This document shows, one piece after another, positions 41,271-50,691 of a stretch of 64,000 nucleotides of DNA. The number at the start of each line of letters is the position of its first letter. The first letter of the stretch is position 1. Source of the stretch: Nitrospirales bacterium (GTDB taxonomy: Bacteria; Nitrospirota; Nitrospiria; Nitrospirales; UBA8639). Location of the stretch: NCBI GenBank assembly GCA_963422365.1, contig OY729426.1:1248001-1312000 (forward strand). Direction: 5' to 3'. The notes under the pieces are model-generated. The model saw only the letters and a program-made list of their open reading frames with translations. It was not told the DNA's origin and did no database searches. Position numbers and translations under genes: made by a program.

Positions 41271-42998
41271 TCATCCATGCTCCTCTGGAGTGTCGTTCCC
41301 CACTGGCTCACGGGACAAGAGGAGAAAACCGTATCGCTGGAGAATTGGCTGAAAAGACGCGATGGGGTGGGGAAGGCGCTCACGAAGGTTGGCTTGCAGG
41401 ATGACCATGATACGGCCGTCCTTTTTGACGTGCGGTAAGAATTTTTCGTGTTCGCCCGGATTAATGAAATGAACGTTCCGTTTTGCATAAAACGTTAATG
41501 ACGGGAGTTTTCGTCCATATTGAATGAGCGTGTCATCAGGACCCAGATTGAATCCGGCGATGGTCGCCAATTCCTGGGGAGGGTTGAGGAAATATTTTCC
41601 GAAGCGCGGCAGGGCAAACAGAATCACGATGAGAAGAAACAGCCCCATCATCCCCGACAGGACCCAAAAGGCCCGTGGCCGACGGGTCTCCTTCCAAACA
41701 ACGTGACGAAAGATCGCCACGCCCAGAAACACGACGACTCCCAGCACGATCGGCGTCGCCCCTAGGCCGATCTTTCCTGCGGCCGGAAAATGCACGGCAA
41801 TGTGTTGTCTCAGGCTTTCATAGATGACCGGGGCGGAAACCAGCACAATGCTCAGAACGTATCCGGTCACAAGGACGAGGCGCGTCGAGACGGTAAGGCC
41901 TGCAGGCCAGGCGTTCTTTAAGAAACGAGACCAGAGGACGGCCACCAACAGAGCGGACGGTGGATACAGAGGCAGGACGTAGTGGGGAAGCCGGGTGGCG
42001 GAGATGGTGAAAAAGAGAAAAATGCCTGAGATCCACAGGGCGCAGAATAACAACAATCCCGGCTCACCTCGCGCGTCCGTGACTCCCGTCCGAAACAACT
42101 TCCACTCTTTCAGCGTGTGCCATAAGGCGGCCGGCAGCAATCCACTCCACGGGAAAAAGCCGAGCAGGAGAATAGGAAAATAAAACAGAAGCGTCCCGCC
42201 GTGCCCCTCCATGGGATTCGCAAATCGTCCGGTCGTGTTGGCTTGGGCCGCGGCGGCATAGTCCGCGCCATGGATGGCCAGCATGGCAAGGTACCAGGGC
42301 GCGGCAATGAGGAAACAGAGTGCCCAGCCGAGCAACGGTCTGCCGTCTGCGAAATAGGTTTTCCACTGCCGAGTGAGGGTCAGATAGGGAACGACGCCCA
42401 ACAAGGGAATGAGAAGACCCAACGGTCCTTTGGCTAACGTGCCCAGCGCCATGCCAATATAAAACAGCCACAGGAAACGCCGGTCGCGACCCGTGCCGCG
42501 AAACCCCAGCCAGAAGCTGTAGGTGGCCAGTGTGGTAAAAAAAACCAATTCCGGGTCGGTCAGGACCAAGCGGTGAACGCCCACGAATTCCACATTCAGC
42601 AGGAGGATGAGTGAGCCACACAACGCGAGGCCTGGTCCAAGCACACGATGAAGAAAGAGGTATTGGAGAACGAGCAGTGCGAGTCCGAAGATGGCGGATG
42701 GCAGCCGAGCCGTTACGTCATTCACGCCGAACAGGGCATAGGTACTGCCGATGACCCAATAGGCCAAGGCTGGTTTGGCGTAGCGCGGCTCGTAATTCAG
42801 GGTGGGTGAGATCCAGTCGCCGGTTTCGAGCATTTCGCGGGCGGCCCCTGCATTGCTGCCTTCATCACGATCGGTCAGGCCCATGTCGCCAAGTCCGAGC
42901 AGGAGCAGCAGCCCCCCGCAGATGAGCAGAAACATCAGATGAAAGGTGCGCGTGGAAAACGGGGTGGAGTGGGTAACCGGCACGGAAGGATCAGTCAC
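41271..42998 (-). CDS. ArnT/GT83-like lipid-linked sugar transferase
   Basis: DRDEG..AAREM, PRYAKP, ARLPSA, LAKGP, APWY, TRLPHYVLP. Confidence 0.9.
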   Translation of the reverse strand: MTDPSVPVTHSTPFSTRTFHLMFLLICGGLLLLLGLGDMGLTDRDEGSNAGAAREMLETGDWISPTLNYEPRYAKPALAYWVIGSTYALFGVNDVTARLPSAIFGLALLVLQYLFLHRVLGPGLALCGSLILLLNVEFVGVHRLVLTDPELVFFTTLATYSFWLGFRGTGRDRRFLWLFYIGMALGTLAKGPLGLLIPLLGVVPYLTLTRQWKTYFADGRPLLGWALCFLIAAPWYLAMLAIHGADYAAAAQANTTGRFANPMEGHGGTLLFYFPILLLGFFPWSGLLPAALWHTLKEWKLFRTGVTDARGEPGLLLFCALWISGIFLFFTISATRLPHYVLPLYPPSALLVAVLWSRFLKNAWPAGLTVSTRLVLVTGYVLSIVLVSAPVIYESLRQHIAVHFPAAGKIGLGATPIVLGVVVFLGVAIFRHVVWKETRRPRAFWVLSGMMGLFLLIVILFALPRFGKYFLNPPQELATIAGFNLGPDDTLIQYGRKLPSLTFYAKRNVHFINPGEHEKFLPHVKKDGRIMVILQANLRERLPHPIASFQPILQRYGFLLLSREPVGNDTPEEHG

Positions 42999-43314
42999 GA
43001 GCTGTTCGCGTTCGCTGTCTGGAGATCAGCATCAAATTCCGCAGGTAGACGAATGTGCCGGTTCCCTGTCCGATAATAAAAACCGGGTCGTGGCGATAGA
43101 TGGCATACGACAACACGATCAGGCCGCCGGCCAGACTCATGTACCAAAAAGCCATGGGGATTTGACTTTCTGCTTTTCGTTCGGACGCGATCCACTGAAC
43201 AACCCAACGAGAAAAAAACAGGCTTTGCCCGAAAAATCCAATGCCCAGCCAGAGGCTCTCCATCGGCGTCAGGTTGACGAAGTAAGCGCTTATGCCGGAC
43301 AGGAGTTCGCTCAT
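42991..43314 (-). CDS. Lipid-A-disaccharide synthase N-terminal (LAB_N) domain small membrane protein
   Basis: GFFGQ.LF.SRW.VQW.ASE....IP.AFWY.SL.G...Y....DPVFI.GQ..Y.RNL. Confidence 0.88.
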   Translation of the reverse strand: MSELLSGISAYFVNLTPMESLWLGIGFFGQSLFFSRWVVQWIASERKAESQIPMAFWYMSLAGGLIVLSYAIYRHDPVFIIGQGTGTFVYLRNLMLISRQRTRTARD

Positions 43315-43423
43315 TGATCAAGAGAAAGGCTATCGCGTTTTTGTCGCGGTGTCATCCCCGCTCGCCTGTCTACCGCCAGGCAGGGGCAGGGACATGCCTC
43401 ATGGCCCGCTCTTCCGGGCCGCA

Positions 43424-43852
43424 TCAGATGACGGTCAACGAGGCTGCAGTTGCCTTCTTTGCAGCACCGATTGGAATGGAGCGGTCAAAGGTGATAAACC
43501 GGCACTCGTTTTCGACGGCCAGTGCCAGAAGATCAATATCCGTGAGCTGACGGGGACTCAGCAAACGCCCATGGTCAATGGTGTCAGGGTTCAGAAGACT
43601 GACGTTATCCGTGAGAAAGCGATGATGCTTTGTGGAAACCGCTTTTTGCAGCCTTGCGACCATTTCAGTCACGTGGACGGCGTGAGGATAGCGAGGTTGT
43701 GACATCATCCTGAGACAGCCGTTCTGGGTCAATGGGCAGGAAGCCCACCCATGGGCGATGTTTTCTTCCAACCATCCTGTGGTCTCCACGTGGTGGACAT
43801 GATCTTCATCGAAGAGAGCAATCAGGACGTTGATATCCAGTAATGCCCTCAT
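43424..43852 (-). CDS. vapC: PIN-domain toxin (VapC-like)
   Basis: ALLDINVLIAL..DH.HH, CPLTQNG, QLTD..LLALA..FITFD. Confidence 0.9.
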   Translation of the reverse strand: MRALLDINVLIALFDEDHVHHVETTGWLEENIAHGWASCPLTQNGCLRMMSQPRYPHAVHVTEMVARLQKAVSTKHHRFLTDNVSLLNPDTIDHGRLLSPRQLTDIDLLALAVENECRFITFDRSIPIGAAKKATAASLTVI

Positions 43853-43855
43853 TGT

Positions 43856-44104
43856 TTAATCGCCCAATTCCTCCCTGAGCGTATTAATAGATTGATTGGT
43901 CACGATGCCACCACGGGAAGGAACAGGCTGGAAACCATACATGCCCCTGTTCAATGCTTCTCTCGTGTGTGCACGGCTGGCACGCGTGCTCATGGCTTGG
44001 CGCAACAATTCCGAAATGACCTGACCGGCTGTCTTGTGTTCCCGTTCCGCCAACTCTTTCGCTGCCACAAGTAGTTCGGTATCAATGTTCAAGGTTGTAC
44101 GCAT
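43856..44104 (-). CDS. vapB: RHH-type antitoxin (VapB-like)
   Basis: MRTTLNID..LL.AAKELA...TAGQVISEL.R; directly upstream of the PIN gene. Confidence 0.85.
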   Translation of the reverse strand: MRTTLNIDTELLVAAKELAEREHKTAGQVISELLRQAMSTRASRAHTREALNRGMYGFQPVPSRGGIVTNQSINTLREELGD

Positions 44105-44127
44105 CACGTGTCTCCACACATCAGATA

Positions 44128-44170
44128 ATGATAGATGCATCGTGCATCAAGCATCAAGCATCTTCAGCAT
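44128..44170 (-). promoter_or_regulatory. Tandem GATGC repeats (~7-nt period), probable antitoxin operator
   Basis: gatgcatcgtgcatcaagcatcaagcatcttcagcat immediately upstream of vapB. Confidence 0.5.
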
Positions 44171-44250
44171 GGATTGGTTGCCGCTTCGAGGATTTCCGTC
44201 GTGAGTCTGATTGAACCCGGATCACGGCGATAGGGAGAGGCCGGCGCGGG

Positions 44251-45024
44251 TCATGGCGAATCGTGCGAGGCAGCGCCGGCGGAATCAGGCGGCGTCGGCA
44301 CCACGGTATATCGCAAACATCGCTTTTGCATCCATCGGACAGCCAGGAGATCGTACAGGCCGGCAAAGAGGCGATTGCCGATTCCGTATTTGGAAGACCC
44401 ATGGGCTCGCGGGAAATGTTGAACCGGCACTTCGGTCACGGAAAACCCGTACATCTTGGCGAGCACGGGGAAAAACCGGTGCATGTTGTGAAAAAGGGGA
44501 ATCCGCTCGATCACCGGACGCCGAAAGATTTTCAAAGAACAGCCGGAGTCGTGAATGCCGTCGCGGAGTACGATGTTCCGAGCCAGGCAAGCAAGACGTG
44601 ACGAGAGTCGCCGAATGAGCGTGTCGAGCCGTTGCCGACGGTGTCCACACACAAGATCGTAGTCCTTTGTCAACGGAAGCAGGCGGGAAATATCCGCGGG
44701 ATCGTATTGAAGATCGCCGTCCAGTGTGGCAATCAATTCGCCCTGGGCGTGGCGAAAGCCCGCAGCAAAGGCTGCGGTTTGCCCGTGATTACGATCGAAA
44801 TGAATCACCCTGACCTCCGGGGTGTGGTGGCGGATCTCATCTAACAGAGCGGCACTGCCGTCCGTGCTGCCGTCATCCACGTACAAAATTTCAAATGGGG
44901 CGCTGCGCGACGGCTCCAGGCTTCCTAAGACCTTCGTCAGTTGAGAGGTTAACGTCTGAAGGTTATCCCGCTCATCCTTGATGGGGATCACCGTGGAGAG
45001 CCAGGGCGGGGGGGAGTGAATCAT
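44251..45024 (-). CDS. GT2 polyprenyl-phosphate glycosyltransferase (ArnC/RgtE-like)
   Basis: VDDGSTDGS, NHGQTAA..AGF, TLDGDLQ.DP.DI, DSGCSLK.F, MHRF.P, H.PR..G.SKYG. Confidence 0.92.
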   Translation of the reverse strand: MIHSPPPWLSTVIPIKDERDNLQTLTSQLTKVLGSLEPSRSAPFEILYVDDGSTDGSAALLDEIRHHTPEVRVIHFDRNHGQTAAFAAGFRHAQGELIATLDGDLQYDPADISRLLPLTKDYDLVCGHRRQRLDTLIRRLSSRLACLARNIVLRDGIHDSGCSLKIFRRPVIERIPLFHNMHRFFPVLAKMYGFSVTEVPVQHFPRAHGSSKYGIGNRLFAGLYDLLAVRWMQKRCLRYTVVPTPPDSAGAASHDSP

Positions 45025-45210
45025 ACGCGGTGCCGGGGCAAGAGGTTCGGTTTCATGTGAAGGGTATCAACGCTGAGGCGCGTTTCGAAAGAGGAGGAAT
45101 GTTTTTCACGAAGCTGGTTGCCTATTCTACGCATCGCCCTTAGACGGGTCAAACCCGTTTCTGGAGCAGGAGCAGCTGTGCCGATGCGGAAGGACGCGTC
45201 ATGCGGAGGT

Positions 45211-45837
45211 TCAGGTTTTCGGCGTAACCGTGAAGTGCAAGATGCCCATGCGGGTGACCTCGTTGGCCTCGAACCCCACAAATATTTCGACTCGGTAGAG
45301 TCCTGGAATCCAGCCTTCTTGCGACGGCGCAAAGAACTTGAGGTAGCCGCTTTCATCTTCCACCGTCAGATAGACGGTTTCTTCATCGGTGAAGGTCTCC
45401 CCGGACAACCCCGGCACTTTTTCCGGAAATAAGCGCCCGATGACTTGATACGCGGTATAGTGCTGAAACACCCGAAACACGACGTGAACCGCCAACGCAT
45501 CTGAAGGGAAGACCTCGGTTGGATGGATGGGGTAATAGCGGTGCCCGCGCCGAAAATCAAAATCTTCTTCAAAGCGTTCCGCGAGGGTGATATGAAGAAA
45601 CAGTCCCCCGGGTGTCTTGTCCTTGAGACGAGACGAGTCAGGTGTCGGGTTCTTGTAATAGTCCAATGGGGTGGGAGCGATTTCCTCCGGACTCAGGGGA
45701 ATAGTATCGAACTGGGCAAAGCCGTGCTGTGTTTCGTTGGGACTAAAGGGAGCCGGGGGCGTGTCTTGGGCCGGGACCGGACCCGAAAGGCACAGGAAGC
45801 AAAGGGCGACGTACAGAAAATGATTCCAGGGTGCCAT
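45211..45837 (-). CDS. Exported hypothetical protein with a C-terminal Ig-like fold
   Basis: Hydrophobic N-terminus; GW.PG.YRVEIFV beta-strand pattern; start uncertain. Confidence 0.65.
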   Translation of the reverse strand: MAPWNHFLYVALCFLCLSGPVPAQDTPPAPFSPNETQHGFAQFDTIPLSPEEIAPTPLDYYKNPTPDSSRLKDKTPGGLFLHITLAERFEEDFDFRRGHRYYPIHPTEVFPSDALAVHVVFRVFQHYTAYQVIGRLFPEKVPGLSGETFTDEETVYLTVEDESGYLKFFAPSQEGWIPGLYRVEIFVGFEANEVTRMGILHFTVTPKT

Positions 45838-45869
45838 CCCTGCTCGGGGGCAGGGAGAGGCCTTGTCTC

Positions 45870-45946
45870 GCCGGATCCAACTCTGTGTAGCGCGGGATCT
45901 CATCCCGCCTTCTTCCTGGCTGCAGAGGATGCCGCTGCTACAGGGA
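45870..45946 (+). repeat. 77-bp direct repeat copy 1 (contains a GTAG...CTAC REP doublet)
   Basis: 5 mismatches against 46571-46647 by manual alignment. Confidence 0.85.
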
Positions 45947-45952
45947 CATACC

Positions 45953-46407
45953 TCATGGCACTTTCTCATAAAACTGCTCGCAATCTATCTGGTCAACAAT
46001 AGGGTGATTCGCCATGTACTCGCGGATCTTATTGAGAGCGGCTTCATTTCGAATGACATGGTCATCATAATTGGACTGCCAATATGGAAGGGCCTAATCC
46101 CCATGCCCGCGTTACCCACGACTTGAAAACCTGAATGACTCGACCAAGCGGTTTATCCGACGATTGAAAAATAAAAATCACATGCAGGTGATTCGGCATC
46201 ACCACGATCTGATCGATTGAGACACCAGAGAAAAATCGAAGAATTTGTTCTGTTTTTTGTTGAACCAGGGCTTTGGTTTGGGGGGGGTGCAAATCGTGGG
46301 GTTCTATGCTTCGTACAAAGGGTCACAAAATGGTATCCGTTTCCACGGTAGTCATAATGACGTAATCGAAGGGGTTGGCGGTCTCGCAATCGGAAACTTT
46401 TTTCCAA
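45953..46407 (-). pseudogene. REP-associated tyrosine transposase (RAYT / Y1_Tnp HUH family), two frameshifts
   Basis: Across three frames: RLRHYDY..GYHFVTLCT / MPNHLH (HUH) ..FKS.. / WQSNYDDHVIRNE....IREYMANHP; frameshifts at the G8 run 46280-46287 and at ~46082. Confidence 0.88.
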
Positions 46408-46570
46408 TCTACTTTTCTTTTTGTCATCTGATCCAGGCATCATGTGTATAGGCTCAGAAAAGAGGCACCATGAGATGGCGCCCCTGCAATTCATAGGAAT
46501 CGGCAGCGTCTTACGCTGCCCAGGTATCAATGCGTAGCCGCCGCACCATATGCGCCCATACAGGGATGGT

Positions 46571-46672
46571 GCCGGATCCAACTCTATGTAGCGCGGGATC
46601 TCATCCCGCCTTCTTCCGGGCCGCAGAAGATGCCGCGGCTACAGGGAAAGGCCGCATGAGATGCGGCCCTAC
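46571..46672 (+). repeat. 77-bp direct repeat copy 2 plus an inverted REP GGCCGCATGAGATGCGGCCCTAC
   Basis: Direct repeat of 45870-45946, followed by a perfect family-B REP at 46650-46672. Confidence 0.85.
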
Positions 46673-46802
46673 GCATTCATTGAATGATGCCGTGACTATA
46701 ACAGGCAGAAGCGTTCCCTTGCGAGGCGAAAAACGCCTTTGATACAATCGCCTTCCTTTCAGGGTCGCGTCGTCAGATCCGAATCATAAATGAGGCGAGT
46801 GT

Positions 46803-48245
46803 ATGGTTGATGGAGTTGCTGCGCAAGTTGCTGAGAATGAAGAAGCGTTACCCCAATTATTAGGGGAGTTTGCGCCGATCGATGTCTGGCAACAGCATAT
46901 GAATACCGTGTTCTATGGTCTGCGAGGCGAACGCCTGCGGGAACTCTATCAAACCTTTGCCGCGGCTGATTACCGCTTGGCGTATGCCTTGGCCGCGGAT
47001 TACGTCCAACGGGCCACCCAACGCCACAAAGCCATTCCCGATACAGGAGCCACCCCACTTACCATAATGGAATGGGGATGCGGCAATGGCAATTTGGCCG
47101 CCTGCTTTCTGGATCACGTCAAGGCCCTTGATCCAGGCGCAACGCTCTATCCGCGTCTGCAGTACGTGCTTGTTGATGCCTCGGATACCGTGCTGGCAAG
47201 CGCCAGGGCGAATGCGGAGTTGGCCAAGCATCAGGACCGCGTGCAATTCGTTCAGGCCACGGTGAACGAGCTGCAATCGTATCGCGATGGATCGGTCGAT
47301 CGGATTGTGTGCAATGAATTGTGGAGCGAGTTGCCCACCAAACTCTTGCTGCGCAAGGCCGGGGATGTGATGGAAGAACACATCCGCCCCAACTTAAAGG
47401 AAACCAGACTCAATGACTTTCCTGATTGGCCGGGCTTCGTTCAGGCATTCGAGCAAGCCGATATCGCCGGGCTCAAAACGCTCCCGACCTTTCTGGAGGA
47501 CGTGGTGTGGGAACGGGAGTATCACAACGTCGAGGCCAAAGACCTTTCGTTCCGTCGCCTGATTACGGATTTCTTGAAACTCTTTGACGAAGAACTCTTG
47601 ATGCCCGTGAATATCGGTGCAGCCTCTTCCCTCAAAGAAGCATATCGGTTGCTGGCCCCGGATGCGCTCGGGTTCAGCAGCTTCGATGCCGGCACGGCAG
47701 ACGAGGCCGTCCTCAATGATCCGGAAAAACCCTGCTACAACCTCGTGGGCGGACAATTCAGTTTTATGGTCAACGTGGCGTTGCTGGAAGACGTGGCCGG
47801 ACAGGTCGGCGGCGGGCAGGTGACGGTCGAGCCGCAAAAAGAATTTGTCGGAAGAAGCCTCGGGGTCAACGTTATGAGTTTCATGGACGTGCTGGCCTCC
47901 CATCCGAACGTGCCGCAAGACGGACCATGGGACATTGATCGATTGATCTTGAAAACCATCGAGGCGGTGAATGCCGGCTATACGAGTCCCTATGAACGAA
48001 CCATCGAATTGCCCATTGCGCCTACGACCCCGGAGGAGACCCGTCGGGAGTTGGAGCAACTGCTGGAACGACAGTCAAAGCACGGAATCGCGGATACCGT
48101 GGCCTACCTCACGGAAGAGGAGGTCATGCGCGTGGTGGGTCCACTGGAAGCATTAGGCTACGACCGAGGCATTCTCCAGGCCGCGTTCATGGCCCCGCCG
48201 CAACCCGTTGATTATTTCCATTTCCAGATGGTGCCGAAAAAATAG
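46803..48245 (+). CDS. SAM-dependent methyltransferase (MidA/NDUFAF7-like)
   Basis: EWGCGNG.LA, Y.LVDAS, CNELWSELP, FD.G. Confidence 0.75.
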   Translation: MVDGVAAQVAENEEALPQLLGEFAPIDVWQQHMNTVFYGLRGERLRELYQTFAAADYRLAYALAADYVQRATQRHKAIPDTGATPLTIMEWGCGNGNLAACFLDHVKALDPGATLYPRLQYVLVDASDTVLASARANAELAKHQDRVQFVQATVNELQSYRDGSVDRIVCNELWSELPTKLLLRKAGDVMEEHIRPNLKETRLNDFPDWPGFVQAFEQADIAGLKTLPTFLEDVVWEREYHNVEAKDLSFRRLITDFLKLFDEELLMPVNIGAASSLKEAYRLLAPDALGFSSFDAGTADEAVLNDPEKPCYNLVGGQFSFMVNVALLEDVAGQVGGGQVTVEPQKEFVGRSLGVNVMSFMDVLASHPNVPQDGPWDIDRLILKTIEAVNAGYTSPYERTIELPIAPTTPEETRRELEQLLERQSKHGIADTVAYLTEEEVMRVVGPLEALGYDRGILQAAFMAPPQPVDYFHFQMVPKK

Positions 48246-48350
48246 GCCGCCTCCCTGGTCACCCGTCTGCCGACCGGACATGGCACAGGCAGGCGCCCCG
48301 GACGTGCCTCATGCGGCCAAGAAGAAAGCGCAATGGGATCGCGTCGCTGC
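48244..48350. repeat. REP doublet with nested hairpin insertions
   Basis: AGGCCGCCTC[...CCGTCTGCC...CACAGGCAGGCG...GGACGTGCC]TCATGCGGCC, then an inverted degenerate REP. Confidence 0.6.
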
Positions 48351-48509
48351 AAGAGGAACCAAGGGCCGAAAAATATGCGAATGATAAAGATTGATCCGGA
48401 ATGCGAGCCCAGAGAATGGCGGAACAGATAGAACGAAGGATGATGTGGAGTTCAGGCGTACAAAACAGGAAAAGATTGGTGGCGTGAGAAATAACGCGGA
48501 GACGTCAGA

Positions 48510-49283
48510 TTACATCGAAGCAGGAGAACGCTTGAGAGTCAACGCTTCATCTATTTCATCGATGATTGTTCCCGCAGCTTTTTTTCTGTCCGGAGCATTG
48601 AGAATGGGTCTGCCCACAACGAGGTAATCGGCCCCCCATTGTATCGCTTGACTTGGGGTTGTCCATCTTTCGTGATCGTCTGATCTGTTTCCCAATGGAC
48701 GAATGCCGGGACTCACAATGAGTGTATCAATGTGTTTATCCGTGAAGTCTTTTCGACAGGCCTGAATGGCATCTCCTGACACAATCAGCCCGTCGCACCC
48801 TGCTGCGATAAGGGACCGACCGTTTTTCAGGATCAGGTCGGTGACACTCGAGACTTCATAGGCTCTCAACGTCCGTGCCTCTGGTCTCGCACTTGAGAGT
48901 AATGGGACGCCAAGAATTTTCGGATACTCACTGCCGTCTCGTGCTCGTACAGCCGTTGAAATCACTCCGGATTCGATCTCAGATGATGCCGGAACTCCCA
49001 ATGTAATAAATTGAATCCGATACGTCGAACACACGTTGACAAATCGTGTAATCGTATTGCCAATATCTCCGGCAACCTTCAAATCAAGAAAGATGCCGCC
49101 GTGCCCCGATCGTGTTTGCTGTACCTCTTTCATGAGCTCAAGGATATTCCCTGCCAGGATCAACTCCAGCCCAATCTTGAAGAACAACACATTATCAAGT
49201 TGTTTCACCAACTCGATCGCTTTTTCATGAAGCGGAACGTCAAGCGCAACGATCAATCGATCTTTCCCGGATTTCGTCTGCAT
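48510..49283 (-). CDS. pyrF: Orotidine-5'-phosphate decarboxylase-like protein (divergent)
   Basis: RLIVALD, FKIGLEL, FLDLKVAGDIGNT, VSPGIRP, DDHER..TP..AI..GADYLVVGRPI; start uncertain (49283-49319). Confidence 0.8.
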   Translation of the reverse strand: MQTKSGKDRLIVALDVPLHEKAIELVKQLDNVLFFKIGLELILAGNILELMKEVQQTRSGHGGIFLDLKVAGDIGNTITRFVNVCSTYRIQFITLGVPASSEIESGVISTAVRARDGSEYPKILGVPLLSSARPEARTLRAYEVSSVTDLILKNGRSLIAAGCDGLIVSGDAIQACRKDFTDKHIDTLIVSPGIRPLGNRSDDHERWTTPSQAIQWGADYLVVGRPILNAPDRKKAAGTIIDEIDEALTLKRSPASM

Positions 49284-49658
49284 TTCCACGTGAGTGCCCA
49301 TTTCCGTCACACTGTGCATCCGGTGTATTCGTGGCGATTCGTCACCGGCATGATCTGCTCATTACCACTAGTGGTGAACCCTGTCAATGGTTGGGGGGCT
49401 ATATAGTACGGTAGTCGTGTGAATTCGTCCAATGTTGGACGAATTCAGCGAGAATGGCGGCTCAAGGTCTTGACAACCCCAAGGCCACCTGCGAATGGGA
49501 CAATCTGAACGAACGGGGTGAAGAATCACCCGAGGGTCCGTTGGCATAGAATGCCCTTTATTTTTTTGTGGACTTTTTGATCGTATGCGAGTATATTCCA
49601 ATCATTTAGTACTTTCTGAGTGAAAGCTGAAGCGAGAGTCCTAACAAGAGGTTGAAAG

Positions 49659-49964
49659 ATGATTGGTTCCTTTGGGTGGATGGAATTATTACTCATCCTG
49701 TTCATCGTCCTCATTATTTTCGGGGCGGGAAAAATCCCGCAACTGGGAGAAGGATTAGGAAAAGCCATCAAAGGGTTCAAAAAGTCGATTAATGAATCGG
49801 ACGCCATGGACGTGACGCCGCAGGAAGATGCGGGCATGGGAACAACGGGGTCACCGCAGCCGCCGGGCCAAATCAACGAGCCGGCCGTGGCGCAAAACGC
49901 CGTACCACCGTCAGGAGAACCCGCGCAACAGCCGCAGCCGGCAACGGAAAACAGGCAGGCATAA
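49659..49964 (+). CDS. tatA: Twin-arginine translocase TatA
   Basis: [37 protein letters not shown]. Confidence 0.92.
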   Translation: MIGSFGWMELLLILFIVLIIFGAGKIPQLGEGLGKAIKGFKKSINESDAMDVTPQEDAGMGTTGSPQPPGQINEPAVAQNAVPPSGEPAQQPQPATENRQA

Positions 49965-49985
49965 CGCACAAGAAACAAGATCTGT

Positions 49986-50067
49986 GTAGGGCCGCATCTC
50001 ATGCGGCCATGGACAGGCAACCACACGCAGAAACGCATGGCGGCGCAAATGAGATGGCGTCGCCACC
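49986..50067. repeat. REP (GTAGGGCCGCATCTCATGCGGCC) with an inverted degenerate partner
   Basis: Perfect family-B copy at 49986-50008. Confidence 0.8.
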
Positions 50068-50088
50068 TGGAACTTGGTGTGAAGAGCG

Positions 50089-50382
50089 ATGTTTGGCTTA
50101 GGGGCAATGGAAATCCTGATTATTTTGATCATTGCCTTTCTGTTGTTCGGGCCCAAGGAATTGCCGGAAATCGGAAAGCAGGTAGGGAAAGCCGTCAGGG
50201 GGTTCAAGGAAACCGCGGATGATTTACGACAGTCGGTCGAGCCGGAAATTCAGACGATTCAGCAAGAAGTGAAAATGGTGGAACAGGATCTGCAATCATC
50301 CATGAAAGAAGCGGAAGACTCCATCAAGGGCGCAGGCGATGCGGCCTCAGCCGGGATCAACGAAGGAAACAAACCTGCGTGA
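50089..50382 (+). CDS. tatB: TatA/TatB family subunit (TatB-like)
   Basis: MFGLGAMEILIILIIAFLLFGPKELPEIGKQVGKAVRGFK. Confidence 0.75.
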   Translation: MFGLGAMEILIILIIAFLLFGPKELPEIGKQVGKAVRGFKETADDLRQSVEPEIQTIQQEVKMVEQDLQSSMKEAEDSIKGAGDAASAGINEGNKPA

Positions 50383-50412
50383 TGTAGCCGCCGCATGGTA
50401 GGCCATGAATAT

Positions 50413-50497
50413 GCAGGGCGGTATCCCGTGTTCACCTGTCTGCCTGCCTGACGCGGTGCACCGGCAGGCGAAGCCCCTGACGTACCTCATGCGGTTC
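50413..50497 (+). repeat. Degenerate REP with nested hairpin insertions
   Basis: GCAGGGCGGTATC[CCGTGTTCA-CCTGTCTGCC..CGGCAGG-CGAAGCCCCTGACGTACC]TCATGCGG. Confidence 0.55.
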
Positions 50498-50562
50498 TAG
50501 GATTAAGGCCGAATAGAGAGCGAAATGAACCGTATCGAAAAATCATCAATCAAAAACACAGA

Positions 50563-50691
50563 CCGTATCATTTTTGACACGGACTTGAAAGGGTTGACCT
50601 GAGCCTTGGAGAAAAAAAATAAATACATTCAAGGTATTGCAATGAAATAAATTTTGGCATACATTTGGCATACATACATTTGGCATACATT
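50563..50691 (+). promoter_or_regulatory. Candidate sigma54 promoter (TGGCATACATTTGGCA) within a triple TTTGGCATACA repeat, with an upstream palindromic enhancer-like site
   Basis: GG-N10-GC spacing within 50655-50670; CCGTATCA-N4-TGACACGG at 50563-50582; AT-rich spacer between them. Confidence 0.5.

Noticed and set aside
45953..46407. IS200/IS605 element with TnpB and omega RNA
   Set aside because: No TnpB/IscB ORF adjacent; motifs and flanking GTAG hairpins fit RAYT.
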